A stretch of 64,000 nt of DNA. Origin: Holophagales bacterium. Its GTDB lineage: Bacteria > Acidobacteriota > Thermoanaerobaculia > Multivoradales > Multivoraceae. Location of the stretch: positions 273,463 to 337,462 of the forward strand of contig VXZQ01000017.1 of NCBI GenBank assembly GCA_009845425.1. Reading direction: 5' to 3'. Positions 40,928 through 49,566 of this stretch are shown here, in pieces (the stretch's first letter is position 1; each line of letters begins with the position of its first letter). The translations under genes and the position numbers were made by a program. The notes under the pieces were generated by a model. It was not told where the DNA came from. It saw only the letters and a program-made list of their open reading frames with translations, and searched no databases.

Positions 40928-42025
40928 TCAGAGCGGCCGCCCCGGCGCCGCCACGAAGACATCCCCCTCGCCTTCTTCGTTCACGGTGAAGATCCGGTCG
41001 AGCCGGCGCACCGTGGCGCCGGCGTCGAAGTCCAGGCACAGGTCCGCGCCGTCCAGCATCCCGACAGCGCCCTCGGCGCTGTCCGCGAACAGGACGGCCC
41101 AGCGGTCGCCGACGTGAACCAGATCACCCGGCGCCGGCGAGCCTTCACCGGCGGCGCTCCACCCGGTGCTGCCGTCGAGCGGTGCGAGTTCCCAGGTCAG
41201 GTCCTCCCAGGTGACGCCGCCCGCGGCGAGAATGTCCCGCAGCACGGAGACCTGGCTGAAGGCGAGGCGGTCGTCGTAGAGCTGCTGCAGCCGGGCTACG
41301 GCAGAGGCGTCCCAGCCGTCCCCTTCCCGGTGGATGCCAGGCAAACCAAAGACCGCCGACGAGGTACCTAGTGCGCCCGGCAGCCGCGCCTCGAGCCGGG
41401 TGGCGTCGGGGGGAGCGGGGGACTTGACGCGCTGATCCGGGACCAGGGCGTCACCATCGATTGCGGCTTCGACCCAGACCTGGTAGCGGAGGGTGCCGAA
41501 GTCCCGGTCGATGTCAGGACCGTCCTTCTCGAGCCAACCGTCGAAGTGGGCCTCGAGCGTGCCGTCGATCGACCAGGCGCTGCCCCACTCTGGCCGGAAG
41601 AAGGGCTCGTAGGCGAAGCGCTCGACATCCGCGCCGTCTTCCAGCTCCCGGAACGGAACGCCATGTTCGACGCTGAACCAGAGCATCCGCACCCAGCCCA
41701 GCCCGCCGATGCGTTCCGGCGGAAGGGTCTCGATCCGGCGGCCGTCGATCTCGACCTGGGGAACGGCGCTGTAGTAGACCGGTTCGCCTGGTTCGTCGCC
41801 GCGCGGCTCTGTCGCGAGGATGGCGTGCAAACGGAAACCCTGACCGGCGACCATCTCGATGTCGCCCGTCCTCGCCACGCCATCGCCGGCGACCTCGACG
41901 CCAACCCAGGCAGCGGACAGGGTCGGCGCACGCAGCCGCTCCGCTCGCGGCAGGAACCAGAGCACCGCCGCCGCCACCGCGACGATCCCGCCCATGATCA
42001 GGAAGAGCAGGCGATTTCCTTGCAC
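40928..42025 (-). CDS. membrane-anchored hypothetical protein (single N-terminal TM helix)
   Basis: GTG at 42025, with AGGA SD overlapping the rnhB stop. N-terminal LLFLIMGGIVAVAAAVLWFL. No recognisable family. Confidence 0.6.
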   Translation of the reverse strand: MQGNRLLFLIMGGIVAVAAAVLWFLPRAERLRAPTLSAAWVGVEVAGDGVARTGDIEMVAGQGFRLHAILATEPRGDEPGEPVYYSAVPQVEIDGRRIETLPPERIGGLGWVRMLWFSVEHGVPFRELEDGADVERFAYEPFFRPEWGSAWSIDGTLEAHFDGWLEKDGPDIDRDFGTLRYQVWVEAAIDGDALVPDQRVKSPAPPDATRLEARLPGALGTSSAVFGLPGIHREGDGWDASAVARLQQLYDDRLAFSQVSVLRDILAAGGVTWEDLTWELAPLDGSTGWSAAGEGSPAPGDLVHVGDRWAVLFADSAEGAVGMLDGADLCLDFDAGATVRRLDRIFTVNEEGEGDVFVAAPGRPL

Positions 42026-42034
42026 AACGAGATC

Positions 42035-42655
42035 CTAGCCGTCCCTCCGGCCGGGCAGGACCGAGCGGAAGGTGAGGCGATGAAGCGGCGTCGGGCCGAG
42101 TTCGCGCAACGCGGCGCGATGACGTTCCGAGGCATAGCCCTTGTGGCTCGCGAAGCCGAAGCCCGGGTACTGCCGGTCGTACGCCATCATCATCCGGTCC
42201 CGGTCCGTCTTGGCGATGATCGAGGCGCAGGCGACGGCAAAGCTGAGCGAGTCCGCCCGCACGAGCGGCAGCGTCGGGACGGCGGCGCCGCGGACTTCGA
42301 CCGTGTCGAGGGCCACGGCATCGACCAGGGCGACCGCGGGCCGGACGGCCAGCGACCGCAGGGCCGTCCGCATCGCCCGGCGAGTCGCTTCCAGCACGTT
42401 GACGCGGTCGATCAACGCCGCGTCGCCGACGCCCGTGGCCCAGGCCACCGCTCTCTGCTTGATCGTGCGCGCCAACCGTTCCCGGTGCTTCCCGGAAAGC
42501 CGCTTGCTGTCGTCGACGCCGGGAATCAGGCAGTCGGGCCCCACGACGACAGCCGCCGCCACGACCGGACCGGCGAGACAGCCGCGTCCCGCTTCGTCGA
42601 TCCCGGCGACGAGTTCGTAGCCGGCCGCCGCGAACTGATCTTCGAGCCCGCGCAT
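42035..42655 (-). CDS. rnhB: ribonuclease HII
   Basis: GIDEAGRG, DSK and SIIAK motifs. Confidence 0.93.
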   Translation of the reverse strand: MRGLEDQFAAAGYELVAGIDEAGRGCLAGPVVAAAVVVGPDCLIPGVDDSKRLSGKHRERLARTIKQRAVAWATGVGDAALIDRVNVLEATRRAMRTALRSLAVRPAVALVDAVALDTVEVRGAAVPTLPLVRADSLSFAVACASIIAKTDRDRMMMAYDRQYPGFGFASHKGYASERHRAALRELGPTPLHRLTFRSVLPGRRDG

Positions 42656-42696
42656 CAGGCGCAGGCGGTATGTCTCGGCAAGCAGCGCCGCCGCCT

Positions 42697-43044
42697 TCAG
42701 CGGTCGCGACGCTCCTCGATACGGGCGGCGCGGCCGCGCAGCTTCCGCAGGTAGTAGAGCTTCGCCCGACGAACCTTGCCGCGACGTACGACCTCGATCT
42801 GGCCGATCACCGGCGAATGGAGCGGGAAGATGCGCTCGACCCCGATGCCGCCCGAGACCTTGCGCACGGTGAAGGTCTCCCGGGTGCCACTGCCCCGCCG
42901 GGCGATGACCACACCCTGGAAGATCTGGATGCGCTCCTTGGCGCCCTCCCGAACCCGGACGTGGACCTTGACCGTGTCTCCGGCCCGAAAATCCGGCAGG
43001 CCATCCCGCACGTACTCCTGCTCAACCTGCTGTAGATCGTGCAT
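42697..43044 (-). CDS. rplS: 50S ribosomal protein L19
   Basis: 115 aa L19-like protein in the conserved trmD-rplS context. Confidence 0.95.
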   Translation of the reverse strand: MHDLQQVEQEYVRDGLPDFRAGDTVKVHVRVREGAKERIQIFQGVVIARRGSGTRETFTVRKVSGGIGVERIFPLHSPVIGQIEVVRRGKVRRAKLYYLRKLRGRAARIEERRDR

Positions 43045-43091
43045 TGCGTGTCACCTCCGAGCCGCGTACCCCCGAAGCGGCAGGAGGCGGA

Positions 43092-43814
43092 TTATCGCCT
43101 GTTCGATGCCTTCGGCGCAACCTCGTGACCGCGAGCGTCGCGAGCCAGCAGGTCCGGCCGCTTGCGGCGCGTCGCCTCCAGCGCCTGTTCGCGCCGCCAG
43201 GCGTCGATGCGCGCATGGTCGCCCGATCGCAGCACGTCCGGCACCTCGATCCCCTCGACGGTCCGCGGGCGGGTGTAGTGCGCGTGGTCGAGCAGACCCG
43301 AGCGGAAGCTCTCGTTCTCGACCGATTCCGGCCGGCCGACCACGCCCGGGATGTGCCGGGACACCGCCTCGATGACCGTCATCGCCGGCACCTCGCCGCC
43401 GGAGAGAACGTAGTCCCCGATCGACAGCTCGGAGTCGACGACCAGCATCCGCACCCGCTCGTCGATCGCCTCGTAGCGTCCGCACAGGAGCACCAGCCGT
43501 TCCTCGCCGGCCAGGCTGCGCACCCTGGCATCGTCCAGGCGCTCACCCTGCGGCGAGAGCAGGATGCGGTGGGGCCGCGGGCCGTCGCCGGAAACCGCGC
43601 GCACGGCACGGAGCCAGGGAGGCGCGGTCATCACCATGCCGCCGCCGCCGCCGTACGGCTCGTCGTCGACGCTCCGGTGCGGATCCTCGGTGTAGTGGCG
43701 CAGGTCGTGGACGTGAACCTCGAGCAGCCCGGCGGCGATCGCCCGGCCGATCAGGCTCGCCCCCAGGAACTCCCGGAAGACGGCCGGGAAGATCGTTATG
43801 ACGTCGATCCGCAT
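43092..43814 (-). CDS. trmD: tRNA (guanine37-N1)-methyltransferase
   Basis: MRIDVITIFP...GGGGGMVM...SIGDYVLSGGE motifs. Confidence 0.95.
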   Translation of the reverse strand: MRIDVITIFPAVFREFLGASLIGRAIAAGLLEVHVHDLRHYTEDPHRSVDDEPYGGGGGMVMTAPPWLRAVRAVSGDGPRPHRILLSPQGERLDDARVRSLAGEERLVLLCGRYEAIDERVRMLVVDSELSIGDYVLSGGEVPAMTVIEAVSRHIPGVVGRPESVENESFRSGLLDHAHYTRPRTVEGIEVPDVLRSGDHARIDAWRREQALEATRRKRPDLLARDARGHEVAPKASNRR

Positions 43815-44323
43815 GCCTCGAGCAGTCCCTCCGGCAGGTCGCTCACAATCAGGCCTTCGCCGATGTCGATCTCCGGCAGCAGCGCGTTCGCGAACGGAAC
43901 CAGCACGGACCCGCCGCCGCTCCCGGACGCCGTAGCCACCTCGAGCAGGACGCCGCCGCCATCCTCCACCACGCTGGTGACCTCGCCGAGTTCTCCGAGC
44001 CTCCGGTCGACGACGCGACAGCCGACGAGCTGGAAGTAGTAGAACGTGCCGTCCTCGGCCGCCGGCACCTGGTCCTCCGGCACCTCGAGCAGGGCGCCGC
44101 GGAGTTCCTCCGCGCCATTGCGGTCCGTCACGTCCGCGAAGCGGACCAGTTGCCTGCCGCGATGCGGCCGGCTCGACGCCACCTCCAGCCGCCGGACCCG
44201 GCCCCCGAGGTTGGCGAGCAACCTGGAGCCCTTCCGGAACCTCTCGGGATTCTCGCTGTCCGCGTCGACCAGCACCTCGCCACGCAGCCCGTGCGCGCGC
44301 AGGACCGCGCCGACGGTCACCAT
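43796..44323 (-). CDS. rimM: ribosome maturation factor RimM
   Basis: VGAVLRAHGLRGEVLV... PRC barrel. ATG at 44323. Confidence 0.9.
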   Translation of the reverse strand: MVTVGAVLRAHGLRGEVLVDADSENPERFRKGSRLLANLGGRVRRLEVASSRPHRGRQLVRFADVTDRNGAEELRGALLEVPEDQVPAAEDGTFYYFQLVGCRVVDRRLGELGEVTSVVEDGGGVLLEVATASGSGGGSVLVPFANALLPEIDIGEGLIVSDLPEGLLEACGSTS

Positions 44324-44384
44324 CTCCGCTCCTTCGCTGCGGGTCGACTGCGGCGGCTCTTTCATCTTCTGCCGCGGCGACGCC

Positions 44385-44630
44385 CTAGTCCGGTTCGACG
44401 ATCTCGACCTCGTAGTACTCGCCGGCCTCGGCGCCCCGGACTTCCAGCAGGGCCCGCAGCGACCTGACGCTACGGCCCTGACGACCGATCACGCGCCCGA
44501 GTTCCTCCGGCGCGACCTCTACCTGCAGGACGATCGCGTCTTCTTCCTCGATCTCCTCGACGCGGACCGCGTCCCCGCGATCCACCATCGACCGAACGAC
44601 GCCGGCGAGCTGATCGGCGACCTCCGACAT
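44385..44630 (-). CDS. KH-domain RNA-binding protein (YlqC/UPF0109 family)
   Basis: 81 aa, GRVIGRQGRSVRSLRALL KH motif. Canonical position between rpsP and rimM. Confidence 0.85.
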   Translation of the reverse strand: MSEVADQLAGVVRSMVDRGDAVRVEEIEEEDAIVLQVEVAPEELGRVIGRQGRSVRSLRALLEVRGAEAGEYYEVEIVEPD

Positions 44631-44644
44631 GACCGCGGACCGCT

Positions 44645-44890
44645 CTACGATTCCGCGGCGGCCGCCCGCCGCACCAGGCCGCGGACGGTGTCCGTGAGCT
44701 GCGCGCCGCGCGCCACCCAGTGGTCGATGCGGTCCGACTTCAGCCGGATCACCGCCGGGTCCTTGCAGGGGTCGTAGTGCCCGACCTCCTCGATCACCGC
44801 CGACGTCGGCACCTTGCGGCTGTCCGACACCACCACGCGGTAGAAGGGTCTGTGGCGCGAACCCATGCGCCGGAGTCGTATCTTCACCAT
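44645..44890 (-). CDS. rpsP: 30S ribosomal protein S16
   Basis: MVKIRLRRMGSRHRPFYRVVV... Confidence 0.95.
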   Translation of the reverse strand: MVKIRLRRMGSRHRPFYRVVVSDSRKVPTSAVIEEVGHYDPCKDPAVIRLKSDRIDHWVARGAQLTDTVRGLVRRAAAAES

Positions 44891-44972
44891 GTCAGGATCT
44901 TCCAGAGTTGTTCGGGAGCCCGCCCGCCTGGGGCTAGTGGCGAGGCAGCGGCGCAGTCTAGCAGCAGGAACC

Positions 44973-46286
44973 TCAAACGCCCCGGATTCCCTGCATCCAC
45001 TTGCCGCGCGTTCGCTTCATCAGCTTCAGCATCTGGCGGTACTGCCTGAGCAACTGGTTCAGTTCCTGGACGGTGCGGCCGGAGCCGCGGGCGATGCGTC
45101 GCCGCCGGCTGGCGTTGAGGATCGCGGGGTTGCGGCGCTCGCGCGGCGTCATCGAGTCGATCAGCGCGGTGATGGCGACCAGGCGGCTCTCATCCATGGC
45201 TCCCGCCAGGTTCGCGCCGCGGAACTGACCGGGGAGAAGCTCGAGGAACTGGGACAGGGGCCCCATGCGGCGAAGTTGCCGCAACTGGTCGCGCAGGTCC
45301 TCGAGGGTGAACTCCTGGCGGGCGATGCGCTCGGCGAGACGCTCCGTTTCCTGGCGGTCGACGACCCGCTCGGCCTTCTCGATCAGGGACAGCACATCGC
45401 CCATGCCGAGGATGCGGGAAGCGATGCGGTCGGGCGCGAAGAGCTCCAGGTCCTCGAGCTTCTCGCCGACGCCGACGAAGCGAAGCGGGACCTGGGTCAC
45501 GCCCCGCAGCGAAAGCGCGGCGCCGCCCCGGGCGTCACCGTCGAGTTTGGTCATCACGGCGCCAGTGAGCGCCGCGCCTTCGGCGAACGCGGCCGCGCTC
45601 CGCACCGCGTCCTGGCCGGTCATCGCATCGCAGACGAAGAGCGTCTCGCACGGGTCGACCCGCTCCGCCAGCGCGGTGAGTTCGGCCATCGACTCGGCGT
45701 CCACGTGGAGGCGGCCCGCGGTGTCGAAGATCAGCGTGTCGAAGCCGCCGTCCCGAGCCGCCGCCAGGGCCCGGTTCGAGAAGGCAGGCAGATCTTCTCC
45801 GGCCGCAGGCTCGATGACCGTGGCGCCGGCCGCCGCGCCGACCTGCCTGAGCTGCTCCACCGCCGCGGCGCGCTGGAGGTCGCCGGCCGCCAGCACCGGG
45901 TTTCTGCCCTGGCCGCGGAGCCGAACCGCCAGCTTGCCGGCGGCCGTCGTCTTGCCCGAGCCCTGGAGGCCGCAGAGCAGCACCACCGCCGGCCGGCCTT
46001 CGAACTGTAACTCCGCGCCCGGCTCTCCCAGCACCGCGATCAGCTCATCGCGAACGATCCGGATCATCTGCTGGTCGGGAGTCAGGCTGCTGAGCACCTC
46101 CTCGCCCAGCGCCAGCTCCTGGACCCGGCCGACGAAGGAACGGACGACCCGGACATGGACGTCGGCCTCCAGCAGCGCGAGGCGGATCTGCCGGACGGCG
46201 CGCCGGACGTGATCCTCCGAGATCCGGCCCTCCGAGCGCAGTGACCGGAAGACCCCCTGGAGCTTGTCCTGCAGGCCCTCGAACAT
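44973..46286 (-). CDS. ffh: signal recognition particle protein Ffh
   Basis: N, G (GLQGSGKTT, DTAGR) and M domains. 437 aa. Confidence 0.95.
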   Translation of the reverse strand: MFEGLQDKLQGVFRSLRSEGRISEDHVRRAVRQIRLALLEADVHVRVVRSFVGRVQELALGEEVLSSLTPDQQMIRIVRDELIAVLGEPGAELQFEGRPAVVLLCGLQGSGKTTAAGKLAVRLRGQGRNPVLAAGDLQRAAAVEQLRQVGAAAGATVIEPAAGEDLPAFSNRALAAARDGGFDTLIFDTAGRLHVDAESMAELTALAERVDPCETLFVCDAMTGQDAVRSAAAFAEGAALTGAVMTKLDGDARGGAALSLRGVTQVPLRFVGVGEKLEDLELFAPDRIASRILGMGDVLSLIEKAERVVDRQETERLAERIARQEFTLEDLRDQLRQLRRMGPLSQFLELLPGQFRGANLAGAMDESRLVAITALIDSMTPRERRNPAILNASRRRRIARGSGRTVQELNQLLRQYRQMLKLMKRTRGKWMQGIRGV

Positions 46287-46302
46287 CAGACGCGCCTTGC
46301 CA

Positions 46303-48882
46303 TCAGGCCCCGCGCGCCGCGCGCCGTCGCTGGCCGAGCGCGACCAGAGCCGGCAGCAGCGTGATCGAAACCAGCGCCGTGGCGACCGCGCCGAGGATGG
46401 CGACGATGCCCATCGAGCGGAGTCCCGGGTAGTGCGACAGCGTCAGGGAGCCGAAGCCGACGCTGGTCGACACGGCGGCCAGCACGATCGCCTTTCCCGT
46501 CTCGCCCAGGCTCGCGACCAGGCGGTCGTCCTGAGACGCCTCCGGCCCGAAGCCGATCTCGCGCCAGCGGTGCACCATGTGGACGCCGTAGTCGACGCCG
46601 ATGCCGATGATCATCGTGACGACGAAGACGTTGAAGAAGTTCATGTCGAGTCCGATCAGGACCATGATCCCGAGCATCCACACGACGCCGACCGACAAGG
46701 GCAGCAGGGACAGCAGGGTGCTCAGCAGCCAGCGATAGTCGAGGAAGAGCAGCAGCGCGACGAGGACGAAGCCGATGATCGAGGCGGTGACGGCGTCCAC
46801 CCGGATGCCGTTCCGGAGCCTCTCACCCACTACGTTGACACCCGACAGTGCCGCCTGTGGGCCAAGGCCCTCGACGATCTCGGAAGCGCCGGGTGGCGCG
46901 CTGCGCCGCCACTGGCCCGGTGGCGGATACAGGTAGACGACCAGCTTCGGCTCGCTCTCGTTGCGGCTCCGGTAGCGCTCGAGCATGCGCTCCAGCCGCG
47001 GCTCGGAACGAAGCACCGAAGGCGTCACCTGTTCCCGGTTGCCTCCCGCGTCGGCGAGCAGCTCGATGCCCCGCCGGAAGGGTGCGGACCGGATGCCCTC
47101 CTCCGTCGCATACTGCTCGAAGAGGTTGTGGAGGCGCTCCCCGTCGAACAACTCCCGGCGCTGGTCGAGCCAGTCGTGGGCTGTCGCCTGTCGCACAGGT
47201 GAAGGCACCAGACTGCCGATCCCGTCGATCCCGGTGAGGACGCCGTCGTCCACGAGTTGTCGAGCTCTCTCCTCGGCCAGGTGCGACAGCTCCAGTGCCG
47301 CTTCCTCCGTGTCTCCCGAGAGCACGATCATCGTGTAGTTCAGGCCCGAGCCGAAGTACTCGGCCACCTCGTCCTGGACTTCGACGCCGGGGTTCCCCTG
47401 AGGCCGGAGTTCCCGGATCGCGTCCTCGAACTCCAGGCGCGGCGCGATCACGCCCGTGGCCGCGGTGACGAGCGCGCAGCAGCAGATCACGGTCACCGGC
47501 CGCTCGAAACTCCAGCGCACCAGCCGGCGGGCGCCCAGGCCGTGGAGCACCAGCCGGGGCTGGCGCCCGGACGCCGGCCGGTGATCCTCCCTCCAGGCGA
47601 GCATCGCCGGCAGCAGCAGGAGCACGGAGACCATGCAGAAGAGGATGCCGGTGCCGGTCAGGAGCCCCATCTGACGAAGGCCGACGAAGTCGGTGACCAG
47701 GAACGCGTAGAAAGTGGCGGCGGTCGTGATCGCGCCGGTCCAGACCGCCCGGCCCGAGGAGCCGCTCATCGCCACCAGGGCCGCTTCCAGGTCGGCCCCG
47801 CGACGCCGCTCCTCCACGTAGCGGCCGTAGGAGACGATGACGAAGTCGATCCCGAGGCCGACCAGCAACGCCGCGAAGCCACTGGTCAGGGCGTTCAGCT
47901 CTCCCAGCACGGTGCCGGCGAAGCCGAAGGCGAGCACCAGGCCGAAGGCGAGCGGAATGAACGCGTACGCGATCAGGCCGACGCGCCGGAAGGCGAGCGC
48001 GAACAGGAGCAGGACGCCGATCAGCGACGTCGCCAGGTTCGAGATCAGCCCGCCCACGATCGTGCCCGCGTCCGAGACCGCGGTGACGTAGGTGCCGCCG
48101 AAGGCCACTTCGGGCAGCGGCAGCAGTTCGCCCTCGCGGTCCTCACCGCCGAGTTCGGGCCAGCGGCCCTGAAGATCCGCGGCCAGTTCCTCGACCGCCA
48201 CGATCAGCCGGCGGCCGAACTCGACCTCCTGCGCCGGCTCGGCCGGCCGCGCGATCAGCAGCGCGCGGGAGTGGTCCTGCGACAGGTAGTAACCGGTCGT
48301 CCAGTCGACCTTGAGGCCGCCGCGGGCGAGTTCGAACTGGTCAAGGAAGATGTCGACGAGGCCCAGGGGATCGAGGAGCATCGCGTCGCGCAGGGCCAGG
48401 CCCTCGGGGGTGGCCAGCCGGCGGCTGAGTTCCCGGACCCGGAGCTCGAGGCCGTCGTCGGTCAACCGGCTCGCCACCTCTTCGCGGGCCGCCTCGTCGA
48501 GGTAGACGAAGGCGTAGGGGAAGAGAGCCTCCGCCAGCTCCTGCAACTCGCCGAAGTCGTAGTTGACGTAGTCGATCTCCTCGAGCGCCTCCATCGAGGC
48601 GCCCAGCTCCTCCACGAACGACAGGTACGGATCGAGCGGCACGTCCGGCGGCAACCGGACCAGGACGAGCAGATAGTCGAGGCTGCCGAAGTCCTCGATC
48701 GTCGACCGGAAGGTCGTGACCACCGGATCGTCCTTCGGCAGCAGATTCAGGATCTCCGTATCGAACCGGAGTCGCGTCGCCGACCACACGCAGAGGACGA
48801 CCAGCACCGCGGCGGCGATGAACACGGCCCGGTGGCGGCGCCGCGCGAAGGCCGCCAGCCGGGCCAGGACGGACTGGATCAT
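46303..48882 (-). CDS. MMPL/RND-superfamily exporter (HpnN-like lipid transporter)
   Basis: 859 aa. Two 6-TM bundles, each followed by a large periplasmic loop. RND/MMPL topology. Confidence 0.85.
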   Translation of the reverse strand: MIQSVLARLAAFARRRHRAVFIAAAVLVVLCVWSATRLRFDTEILNLLPKDDPVVTTFRSTIEDFGSLDYLLVLVRLPPDVPLDPYLSFVEELGASMEALEEIDYVNYDFGELQELAEALFPYAFVYLDEAAREEVASRLTDDGLELRVRELSRRLATPEGLALRDAMLLDPLGLVDIFLDQFELARGGLKVDWTTGYYLSQDHSRALLIARPAEPAQEVEFGRRLIVAVEELAADLQGRWPELGGEDREGELLPLPEVAFGGTYVTAVSDAGTIVGGLISNLATSLIGVLLLFALAFRRVGLIAYAFIPLAFGLVLAFGFAGTVLGELNALTSGFAALLVGLGIDFVIVSYGRYVEERRRGADLEAALVAMSGSSGRAVWTGAITTAATFYAFLVTDFVGLRQMGLLTGTGILFCMVSVLLLLPAMLAWREDHRPASGRQPRLVLHGLGARRLVRWSFERPVTVICCCALVTAATGVIAPRLEFEDAIRELRPQGNPGVEVQDEVAEYFGSGLNYTMIVLSGDTEEAALELSHLAEERARQLVDDGVLTGIDGIGSLVPSPVRQATAHDWLDQRRELFDGERLHNLFEQYATEEGIRSAPFRRGIELLADAGGNREQVTPSVLRSEPRLERMLERYRSRNESEPKLVVYLYPPPGQWRRSAPPGASEIVEGLGPQAALSGVNVVGERLRNGIRVDAVTASIIGFVLVALLLFLDYRWLLSTLLSLLPLSVGVVWMLGIMVLIGLDMNFFNVFVVTMIIGIGVDYGVHMVHRWREIGFGPEASQDDRLVASLGETGKAIVLAAVSTSVGFGSLTLSHYPGLRSMGIVAILGAVATALVSITLLPALVALGQRRRAARGA

Positions 48883-48937
48883 GGCCGCCGTCCCACGCCG
48901 GCGGGAGCGAGCGCCGGCGAGGCCGGGGAGCGCACGG

Positions 48938-49555
48938 TCATTGCTCCGGGGATGCCGCCCCGAACGCTTCGAGCACCCGCCGGCCGTTGCGCACGAAGTA
49001 CTCGATACCCGAGTAGAGCGTCGCGACCAGCGCCACCCACAGCGACAACGGCGCGAGCAGGTCGAACGACCCCAACTGGTCCGAGATGATCAGCAGCGAG
49101 ATGGCGACGATCTGGGTCACGGTCTTCACCTTGCCCGCGAAGCTCGCCGCGAGGACAACATCCTGGGCCGCCGCCAGCGAACGCAGCGACGAGACCGCAA
49201 ACTCGCGCGCGATGACGACGACCACCATCCAGGCCGGCGCCAGACCGAGACCGACCAGGGAGATGAACGCGGCCGAGGTGAGGATCTTGTCCGCGGCCGG
49301 GTCGAGCAGCTTGCCGAGCGCCGTCACTTCCTTGCGCCGACGGGCGAGGAAGCCGTCGAGGAAGTCGGTCAGAGAAGCGACCAGGAACAGCCCCAGGCCG
49401 ATGAACTCCCAGCCGTCGATCTTGGTCAGCAGGACGACAACCAGCAGGGGGACGATCAGGATCCGGCTGAGCGTCAGCGTGTTCGGCAGGTTGAGGCCCG
49501 CTCGCAGCAGGGCAGCCGTCGCGAGTTGCTGGCGGTCCGCTTCCCGCTCCGTCAC
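48938..49555 (-). CDS. pgsA: CDP-diacylglycerol--glycerol-3-phosphate 3-phosphatidyltransferase
   Basis: CDP-alcohol phosphatidyltransferase motif DFLDGFLAR...G...DPAADK. GTG at 49555 with AAGGGGAGAA SD overlapping the alaS stop. Confidence 0.88.
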   Translation of the reverse strand: MTEREADRQQLATAALLRAGLNLPNTLTLSRILIVPLLVVVLLTKIDGWEFIGLGLFLVASLTDFLDGFLARRRKEVTALGKLLDPAADKILTSAAFISLVGLGLAPAWMVVVVIAREFAVSSLRSLAAAQDVVLAASFAGKVKTVTQIVAISLLIISDQLGSFDLLAPLSLWVALVATLYSGIEYFVRNGRRVLEAFGAASPEQ

Positions 49556-49566
49556 GCGTTCTCCCC

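Noticed and set aside
40921-40960. GC-rich inverted repeats between convergent dsbD and the downstream gene, considered as a bidirectional terminator
   Set aside because: The stems are short and imperfect and lack a U-tract. There is not enough evidence to call a terminator.
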